This document shows positions 51,290 through 59,546 of a stretch of 64,000 nt of DNA, one piece after another. The position numbers were made by a program, and so were the translations under genes. The notes below the pieces were generated by a model. The model saw only the letters and a list, made by a program, of their open reading frames with translations. It had not been told where the DNA came from and did not search any database. The stretch comes from Iphione sp. A-MEVVRFRX5. Lineage: Eukaryota. Position 1 is the stretch's first letter; every line of letters starts with the position of its first letter. The stretch is from positions 86,800,001 to 86,864,000 of the forward strand of contig OZ320313.1 in assembly GCA_976226885.1 (NCBI GenBank), read 5' to 3'.

Positions 51290-53180
51290 ATGGATCTTGC
51301 CCGTGACATTGATTACGAAGTTGTTTTGGAGGCCACCCATCACCGAGAGTGTGATCCTGTGGATCCAGAGAATGTTGGTACAGACGTATTGGCAGATTAC
51401 GAGGAATTAGAAGAGGAAGAGTACGAGATGAATGAGGTGAGGTGGGGAAGGCGATTCTATGGACAAGACTTTGTAACCCGTCGCCTTGTCGATTATCAAA
51501 ACCCTCTGGAAGCTTTGAAGAGAGACGAAATACGGGAGAAATACCGTTTTTTTCCTCATAACATATACAGGATCGTGGACTATGTCACACCACGGCTCGA
51601 GCAGAGGCGCCGGCGGGGCCCGGCCCTCCCACCGTTGATTCAGGTAGTGCTATTTCTGCGCTACTTAGCCACAGGTGAGTCTAAATTTTCCTTTCGTAAT
51701 TGCTTGTAATTGCTTGTGAATACTCATAAAAATGACCACTCTTTAATCCTTTAACGTCAGATTAAGTGCCTTGTAGGGAAAGTAATGATTGCAGACTGAT
51801 TCACAACATTAAGTTTATTAATGGTATTTTTATTTCTGATGTTTTTCGTAATTATATCGTTCAATCGTTAGCTTTAGTCGCTGTCATCGGTATGCCATCC
51901 TTGTGCGTCCTCCTCCATCATCCGCTTTAGTCGTTGTAATTCCTTCAGTCTTTCCTTGGTGGCCTCCTTGCTAGTCATTGCCCGAGTCTCTTCATCCTGC
52001 AAAGGTCATAGAACATTCGTAAGATTCCTGCTGATGGAAATTTCTGTTTGGGTACCAGCCAACCAATTTATTTCCTTACTCTTTTCATAGGGGCCATTCA
52101 GGACGTTGTCTCGGACATCATCAGGGTGTCGAATCCCACCGCCTGTCGCACAGTCCACCGTGTAGCCATGGCAATTACGGATACTATGAAGCGTGACTAT
52201 CTGACCCCACCACGACCGGACGAATTGAACGAGATCATGCTGGCTTTTAATGAAAAAGCAAGGTTTCCCTTTGTAATTGGCCTGGTGGACTGTACACACG
52301 TGCAGATCATTCGACCCCAAGGACGACACCCGGAATACGTCGACAGGACCAATCACTATTCAATCAACGTGCAGGTGAGCATTTATGAATCATCCGACTG
52401 TTAGTAGACGCATTGGGCACTATTTGTAAAGACTATTCAACATGCATTTTTGTTACCTGTCCGGTTCCCTCTGCTGACGTTCTGTCTCCTTACCCACAGG
52501 CCATCTGCGACCACAAGCAGCGGATCCGTGACATCGTTGCCTGCTATCCGGGCAGCACGCATGACTCCCGCATTTTCCATGGTTGTGATTTCACCAGATA
52601 CTATCTCCGGCCCTGTAGGTACACTTAGTGTTACGAGCTCTATCATTGTTAGTAATACTGAAACTTACAAACACTTACATTTATGTTAGCCTCGCCACAC
52701 GTGCACACACGTCAAAATAATTCGTAACCCCCATGCGTTGTGTTTTCCCTTCTTGCAGTGGTCGGCCCAGGACATCTGCTTGGTGACAGTGGGTATGCCT
52801 GCGACAGGCGCTGCCTCACCCCATATCGGCGGAACCAAGTCCTCAGCCCTGCCCAGAATCGTTACCAAAATGCGCACACCCATACAAGGGTTCTCATCGA
52901 ACAGACGTTCGGCATTTTGAAACGTCGATTCGGAATGCTGCATGAGACAGTGTGCTTCCGCCCGGGCAGAGTGGGGGAGATGGTCTGTGCAGTGGCCATA
53001 CTTCATAACTTTGCCATCGAGCAACGTGACCAGTTGCTAGCACGAATACGACCACGACGGCGGGATGTGCATGCACATAACCCGCCACAACTGCCGCCAC
53101 CCCCGATGTACCTGGAGGACGACCGTGGGCTGAACGGGCTACAGTACAGAGAGACTTTCGTACAGCAATATTACGGATAG
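51290..53180 (+). CDS. Harbinger (HARBI1-like) DDE transposase, 401 aa; exons 51290-51674, 52091-52374, 52500-52614, 52759-53180
   Basis: All three introns are GT-AG and phases match (385+284+115+422=1206 nt). Motifs: ALPPLIQVVLFLRYLATG, FPFVIGLVDCTHV (D1), YSINVQAICDH, YPGSTHDSRIF, LLGDSGY (D2), RYQNAHTHTRVLIEQTFGILKRRF (E), VCAVAILHNFA. No stops in the spliced model. Confidence 0.92.
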
Positions 53181-54686
53181 ACTCACCTCATGCCCAGGGT
53201 GTTCAGCTATATGGCTGGCGAGTTCGTTGACCGTCTGCTGTGTTGCAATCGTCACGTCAGCCTGCAGTTTCATGAGGCGGGCAATCGTCTCCTGGCGGGC
53301 AAGCTTGGCCGCCTTCTGCTGGGCCTTGGTCTGGGCAGCTTTTGCCTTTGCCTCCTCAACTTCTCGACGCTCGCGTTGTTGTTCCCGCGTTAATAGATAC
53401 TTGTAAAATGCCTCCCGGGCCTCCTCCGCCTTACGAGCGGCTTCCTTGGTCCGGACCTCCTCCGTTGCCAGGCTGAGGCGGGACTGGGCCACATCCTCTC
53501 GGCGCTTGTCATCTTTTTGCATATTCGTAAGCCGTGCCTCTGCTGTTACGACTTCCTTGTCCAGCAGCTCCTCCCTGGTCCGGACTCCCTCATGGCAGCG
53601 TTCTGGAATGATGCACAAGCACTCTTTACGAACGGGACTCTGACCAGCAGGCAAATTCTAAAGCCTACGCTTGGAGAAAATTACAAAAATTACGAAAAAT
53701 CACCACAAAGGCAGCCGACTTACTTCGTTTGGCCTGCTGCTGTTGCTGCTGCGGTTGTTGCTGTTGTTGCTGCTGCTGAGCTGCCATAGCAGGTGCAGCA
53801 GGAACGGGAGCTCGAGCAGCTTGGGCCCGGGTGTCGGCAGCTGGAACGGGAGCTCGACCAGCTGGGGCCCTGGCGTCGGCAGCAGGAACGGGAGCTCGAC
53901 CAGCTTGGGCCCTGGCGTCGGCAGCAGGAACGGGTGCCCTGTTTGGATTGTTGGCCACTGGTGGAGGCGCGGCCCGGGCGACATCCGTATTGCCTACCGG
54001 GCGGCGATGGATGGTTGCGCGTGGGCGTGCAGCCACTGTTTCCGCACCTGGCCCCCGCGGTTGTACCTGGGCTGTAGCCGACGTAGGTCGTGGTGTGGAG
54101 GTGATCGGCCGCGCCCCATTACGAGCGACAGGGGCTGGGGCCGCACAGCTGCTGGTGCTTGGTCCTTCGTCCGGATACAGTGGCGGCATCGCACGAATAG
54201 GAAATTCCTCCTCCTCGTCTTCGTCTGGCCCTTGGCTGTCTGGCACCACCTCAATGTCACCTACGGGCCTTCTCAGTGCAGCCAACAGGGAGCTGCTGGG
54301 GCCTTGCGTTGGCCGCTTCGGTGCCTTGCTACCCAGCGGCCTTACGAGATCAGTGGGTGTTCCAGAAATAATGTCTAGTTGTGAATCTAGGGACGCCTGC
54401 GTCATCTGCAGCTGCTCGGACACCGTGTCGGGTACGAAAACCTCGTAATCCTCGACGGCGGGAAGAACATCTTGGAGGTCGGCCAAGTCATCCTCGTCAT
54501 CATCATCCTCATCCTTGTCAAGATCGACATCCACGTCGTCCTCCTCCTCATAATCATCGGCCTCTTCCTGCAACGCCTCGTCGCCTTCCTCCTCGGCAGG
54601 GTCCTCGTAATTAACGGGCTCCAGTCCAGAACAGGCAGCAACATTTCTGTTGGCCATGGCCTGCGAACTCGGACTGCGTTCGCCAA
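51874..54686 (-). CDS. Acidic/Pro-Ala-rich plus coiled-coil C-terminal module of a Harbinger accessory protein; exons 54686-53724, 53602-53187, 51996-51874
   Basis: Phase-consistent GT-AG exons (963, 416, 123 nt) encode a D/E tract, APVPAAD repeats, polyQ, KRKR, a coiled coil (EELLDKE…AREAFYKYLL…) and DEETRAM…DDSD*. AATAAA follows on the minus strand at 51829-34 and 51814-19. If joined to the Myb exons (phase 1 to phase 1) it gives a 660-aa protein; the 5' connection is unproven. Confidence 0.75.
53794..53940 (-). repeat. 42-bp coding tandem repeat (RAPVPAADARAQAG, about 3.5 copies) next to a CAG/CAA polyQ tract
   Basis: Direct reading of the sequence and of ORF 53665-54720. Confidence 0.9.
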
Positions 54687-55466
54687 CTGCAAATGGAAAT
54701 GAACGTAATACGCACATCATTAATCAATTAGTATAGTGAAATCATATAGTCCCATCTCCAAGTGATACAAAAGGACCCAGGGGCACACAGCGCGAGGTTG
54801 CAATACGAAATATACGGCCTCACCAGGAGCGCATTCCAGCGGCCAGCGATGTGTAAGAGAGGCAAGACGGCCAGCCCGATCAGATAGGTCCAGGTGGATG
54901 TCCACTTCCATGTCCGTGACCCCAACGGGGGGCACGCTGGCGCGACGGAACGTGATAGAAGCCTGGGCCGCCCATACGCCTACCTCAGCGGCAGATGAAC
55001 CAACCGTAGGATACCTATTACGAAAAGCCACGCGAGGGACACTACTTAAAAAGTTCTAGTCCTGATTGGGGCTATACTTACTACGAAATATTACCCGCAT
55101 TGCCCCGACAATTGGTTCAACATGTTGCCTCTGGCTGCCAGCGACGCGTCCCTCTTCCTGCATGGTGTCGTAATGAATACCTGTTTCCGTGTGGAGGGTG
55201 GCCTCTTCAGGCGCTGATAAGAGTTACAGGCGCGCGTGGCCTTATCAGAAAGCAACTTTTCAGTTGCCACTCTGATAAGGGTAACCTTGCGTCATCAGCA
55301 TGTGTACTGTCTTTCTACTCGGACAATGAAAGGTAAAATTATTGCCTTGGTCGTAAAATTTAGGCTGGCGGTACTAGTTGCCCGGTTGTGTTTACAAAGT
55401 TAATTGCCGGTTTGGAGTGTACGTTCAAAACAAAGAGAAGGGAGTCAAGGGTTAAAGCAACATCGA

Positions 55467-55500
55467 TTTATTTTTTTTGTATTAATAAAGGTAAAATAAA
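55467..55500. terminator. Candidate bidirectional polyadenylation site inside the Harbinger
   Basis: Minus-strand AATAAA at 55467-72. Plus-strand AATAAA at 55484-89 and 55495-500, separated from it by a T-rich tract. Confidence 0.5.
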
Positions 55501-55581
55501 GAGGCGGAACGTGTTGATTCGATTAAGTGGGATGCACAGCCCCAAATCGCAGACAGTCTTTATCACATTCGTAATGTTCAG

Positions 55582-57731
55582 TTAGCGTGGCCGCACACGC
55601 TCGATGAAAACCATAAGTTGGAGGAATTCATCCATAATGATACCATCCTCGACCTCCATCAGGTAACGGACGTACATTTGTAATGCGGCCTGGTCCGTCG
55701 TCCGGAAGTTGTCTTGCCGGGGGATGGGTCAAGGGCGATCCACAGGGGCAGACAAAGGAGTTACACGTAAGGGAAGCGGTGGGGTTGCAAGCACAGGTGA
55801 CGACACAGGGGTAGAGGTTGCAAGGGGTTGAGACAGAGGGGCTGCAGGTAGTGGGGAGAGAGGGGCTGCAGGAGTTGTTGGTGGGAGGACAGACGAGACA
55901 GGACACACGGGAGAGATTACAAGCGGGTCGACTACAGACACAGGTGACAGGGAAGGCGAGTAACGAACAATAGGAGCGGGCACGACAGGAGGCATGGGGG
56001 GGACAGACACTGGAGACGTTACAACTGGGTCAGGTACAGGCACAGGTGACAGGGAAGGTGAATACGGGACAATAGGACATGGAACACCTAAGGGATTTGC
56101 CCAGGACGAGACAGGACGCACAGGGGTTACGACAGCACAAACAACAGGAGGGGGGACATCAAGGTTACGAGTAGGGGTGGGCGGGCGGGCTTCAGTGTCT
56201 TCTGTCGGTACATCGGTGTGGCCGCCGCGGTCAAGGGGCCACTCCTGGTCGACGAGAGCCACAAGGCCCCTGCCCGCATTCCTCAGCATGATGAGGGCTT
56301 CTATCTTCTCCTGGGCGCCGCCCTCCGGTTGGTATGCCTCAGGAACCAGAGGCATGTCTTGGATCCCTACCCACTGGTGACCTGGGACTGAAACAAAGTA
56401 GAAGCCGACATTGCAATTCGTAATACAAATTCTTTTTGCTATCAAATTCAGTGTTGGTGTGGGTCAATGCACATTAATTCCTTGTAACACCTACAGTTCA
56501 AATGCTACGGCGGTCGTTTGGGCCTCTGCAACTTCCTTGGTACAGCTACATACTCTATGCAGTTACGAAGGATAAAAAATGGCCTACTCACCAGTCATCC
56601 GCACATGTACGCGTGCGACAGTGGGCTCGTTCACAGCGCGCGGGGCGGGGCCGGGGTGCTCCTCCTCCTCCTCCACATCGTCCTGTCCCTCGTATTCAGT
56701 AGCTGGACGCTGCTGCTGAGTGTCCTCCTCCTCCTGCCGGTCCTCGTGCTCAACCGGGGCCGGCTGCTGCTGCTGGACGTCCTCCATCTCCTCCTCCTCC
56801 TGCTGGTCCTCGTATTCCGGCCCCTGCGGCTGGACATTCTCCACCTCCTCCTCCGGCTGGCCCGCGTGCTGGTCCTCTGCCTGCAGTAGCAGGCGGCGCG
56901 CAGTCGCCTCCCTGCGACGGGCCTTACGAGCCGCCCGCCGCTGCGCGCGCAGGGCCTCCCGCTGCGCCCGGCGTTGCTCCTCCACCTCCACCTGCTCTTG
57001 CTGTTCCTCGTAATCAGGCCCCTGCGGCTCGACATTCTCCACCTCCTGCTCCGGAAGGTCATCTTGATGGTCCTCTGCCTGCAGGAGCTGTTCCCTGGCT
57101 CGGGCCTCCTGCCGCCGGCGCGCAGCCGCCTCCCGGCGACGGGCGTTACGAGCCGCCCGCCGCTGCTCGCGCAGGGCCTCCCGCTGAGCCCGCCGTTGGT
57201 CCGCATAGGGGTTACCTGTGGGTACAAGCAGAAAGGTTTCAGGTGCAAACTTAAACCAATACATAATAACATAGGCTAATAATAAGTATACAATGATACG
57301 GCTATGGGCGCATTTACAAACATCTTCTTTTCATTGGTTCAGTGGTCCGCCTCGTAAGAATGATATGATAGGGGGATTCACTGTATACTCACGATATTTG
57401 CGGACCCTTTCTCTCTCCCGGGCAAGGAACAAGTCGCCATAGCGGGCTTTCATCTTTTCGCGCCAGTTGTACGCTGAGTGCCCGCTGGGAGTCCGCTCTG
57501 CGTCATCACCTCTGTTCCGTCGCCTGAAAATAGGAAAATAAATTGGCAGTTAGAAGAGATTGAAATACGGGCAGCATCGGTTCGATTGCCATATTTCACC
57601 ATAAGAATTGTATTTAAACACGAGGGCGTAAGTCGTAAGGAAAGCACAGGGATAGGCAGTAGATAAATCGTGTACTCACGGCATGGTGTCTTTGCTAGAA
57701 GTGGCAGGGGGTCCTGCGGCTGGATCCATCA
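55582..57731 (-). CDS. Extra Harbinger-borne coding module of unknown function; exons 57731(or ATG 57729)-57680, 57523-57393, 57215-56592, 56381-55582, with one in-frame TGA at 55729-55731
   Basis: Phase-consistent GT-AG exons (52, 131, 624, 800 nt) encode MDPAAGPP…, a basic helix (WREKMKARYGDLFLARERERVRKYR), duplicated R/A/E-rich helices, an acidic tract, HQWVGIQDMPL…EKIEALIMLRNAGRGL, a Pro/Ser/Val-rich spacer and a 48-aa helical tail. Minus-strand AATAAA at 55467-72. Confidence 0.68.
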
Positions 57732-57954
57732 CTTGTCAATCAAAATCGTTTCTTGGAAGTCACGCCACTTCAACACTGCGCCTCGCGCTTGGTTACCATG
57801 ACGACCTTAACAACCCAATCGTCCCCGAGTCGTACGATTTGATTGTGTGCCGGTAAACAATTCAAGTGGACCGCAGCCCACTGCCCCTTTTCCCACGTAT
57901 CACTTGGAGAGCGTAAATGCACTTTATATTTTGTATTGAAAAATGAATACTCAC

Positions 57955-59443
57955 TGAACCCTGGTGCACCTGGTCCCTGGAAAGGCATGGCCGCATCGGG
58001 TTCGTATTCACGAAAGAAGGCCACATCTTCATGAACAGGTTGGGCTGGTCCTCCACCCGTCCGTATCCGCGAGCTTTTCTCAGCTTTATCTGCATAAGAC
58101 AATAGGCCATGCTTACGATATATTTTCCGAGTGATGCGACAGAGAAAGACCATCCGGTAAAGCACAGAAATTGAAATTGTAATGCTGTTAGCCAAAACCA
58201 ACCTCGGGTACGGACACTTTTCATACGAGCAACTATTTCAGCCCTCGTGCGTGGAAAGGATGCCTGGCTGCAATCAAAGGAAACAATATTAATGTCAGCA
58301 CACTTGCAATACGTACACAGATCAATTCGCTTTCCCTTGCCAGTGGCAGGTTCCCCACTGGGCTGGTCGTTACACGCCATGACACACACATTTGGTGAAT
58401 TAGGCAGGGAAGATCCGCGGAAAGATTACGAAAAGCATTTAACGAGTCACTTGCCATCCCGACAGACCCCCGACTGGGCTTCCAGACCATCTGGCTGTCA
58501 AGCGGCCATAGCTGTCGGGGTGGCATTCAATTAATCGGACGTTACACGCAGCAGGATATTTTTTACTACCATATTGGTGCTGGGTGGATACGCGGACTGG
58601 CAGAAAACACATGGCCATGATAGCTCGTAAATGCTACCGTCCCCAAGCACTAGACGCCCAGTGTAAGTCATTAGAACACCTTGCCAGAAAGGCCAATAAC
58701 ATGACACACCTGACACGCATACGAATAATTTTCCACTACCATGTTGGTGCTGTGGTTGGATACGCGGACTGGCAGAAAACACATGGCCATGCTAGCTCGT
58801 AAATGACACCTTCCCCCCGCAAATAAGAACATGGCTCACTTGACACGCATACGAATACGAAACAGAGAGTACTTGGTAATGGTCAGAAGAAAAAATAAGA
58901 AGTAATACTGCACAAAAAGATCACCCTCGGAAATGTTCGTAACTGGCACCGTGGCCCGCCAATGACACCCATTGAAAGTCATTATAACACCTTGGCAGAC
59001 AGACCAATAGCATGCATGTGACAAGGACAAGAAATAGATTACCCTACAGTTAAGGCCATCCGGCAGGCCATGAGCACCCTAAAGAAAATTACGAATGCCA
59101 GCACAAATTTTTTAAAAAAGTGTATACATATTGTTGTTAAATTACGAGCATATCACACTTACCTATTGAACTCCTCTACGAGCTTCACCCAAGCCTCTTC
59201 TCGGCGGCCCTTGGCACCAGGGCCCTCAAAAGCGAGGGCGTTCTGCAATTTGTATTTATAATGCAGCTCGATCTGCAGGCAGCTGTCCGCCATGGTCCAG
59301 TTTTCTTTCCGCTGCACCACTTTCTTCTCCTTTCCTTGTCCTTGTTCAGCAGCTGCAGGTCGCCCGCGCTTGGGAGTACTCCTCCTCGTACTCTTAACGG
59401 GCGTCCTTCCTCGCTTGGAACCACGGCGACCTCCTCTAGGCAT
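57955..59443 (-). CDS. Myb/SANT-like (trihelix/MADF-type) DNA-binding module of the Harbinger accessory protein; exons 59443-59163, 58267-58203, 58089-57955
   Basis: The spliced product reads basic N-terminus + RKENWTMAD…IELHYKYK…GRREEAWVKLVEEFN|SQASFPRTRAEIVARMKSVRTR|DKAEKSSRIRTGGGP. This has the W…W…FN…RT…TGGG pattern of Harbinger Myb-like proteins. GT-AG sites and phases (2, 1, 1) are consistent. Confidence 0.82.
58565..58805. repeat. About 70-bp direct repeat in intron 1 of the Myb-like gene
   Basis: ACTACCAT.TTGGTGCTG…GGATACGCGGACTGGCAGAAAACACATGGCCATG.TAGCTCGTAAATG at 58565-58633 and 58735-58805. Confidence 0.9.
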
Positions 59444-59537
59444 GGTGTTGAGGATGACGTTACGAAAATTACGAACGGAGATTGTGACGGCCTGCAGGAT
59501 ACTGAGCGCCAGTGTGTCGAGCTGCTCAGAGTTGCCC

Positions 59538-59546
59538 CTTTATATA
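59538..59546 (-). promoter_or_regulatory. Candidate TATA box of the Myb-like gene
   Basis: TATATAAAG on the minus strand about 100 bp upstream of the ATG at 59443, inside the right subterminal region. Confidence 0.4.

Noticed and set aside
52581-52620. Alternative transposase exon-3 donors (CATG|GT at 52581/82; TGTAG|GT at 52618/19)
   Set aside because: The first deletes about 11 aa before LLGDSGY and the second breaks the frame; CCCT|GTAGGT (52614/15) restores the typical HDSRIF-to-LLGDSGY spacing.
53671-54702. Long plus-strand and alternative-frame ORFs (235, 205, 94 aa) over the accessory exon
   Set aside because: Antisense or frame shadows of the low-complexity 42-bp repeat and polyQ exon; the splice signals support only the 53724-54686 frame.
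56518-57279. Leu-rich plus-strand ORFs and the 213-aa R-rich minus ORF
   Set aside because: Shadows of the GAG/CAG-rich exon 57215-56592; only one frame is phase-compatible with the flanking exons.
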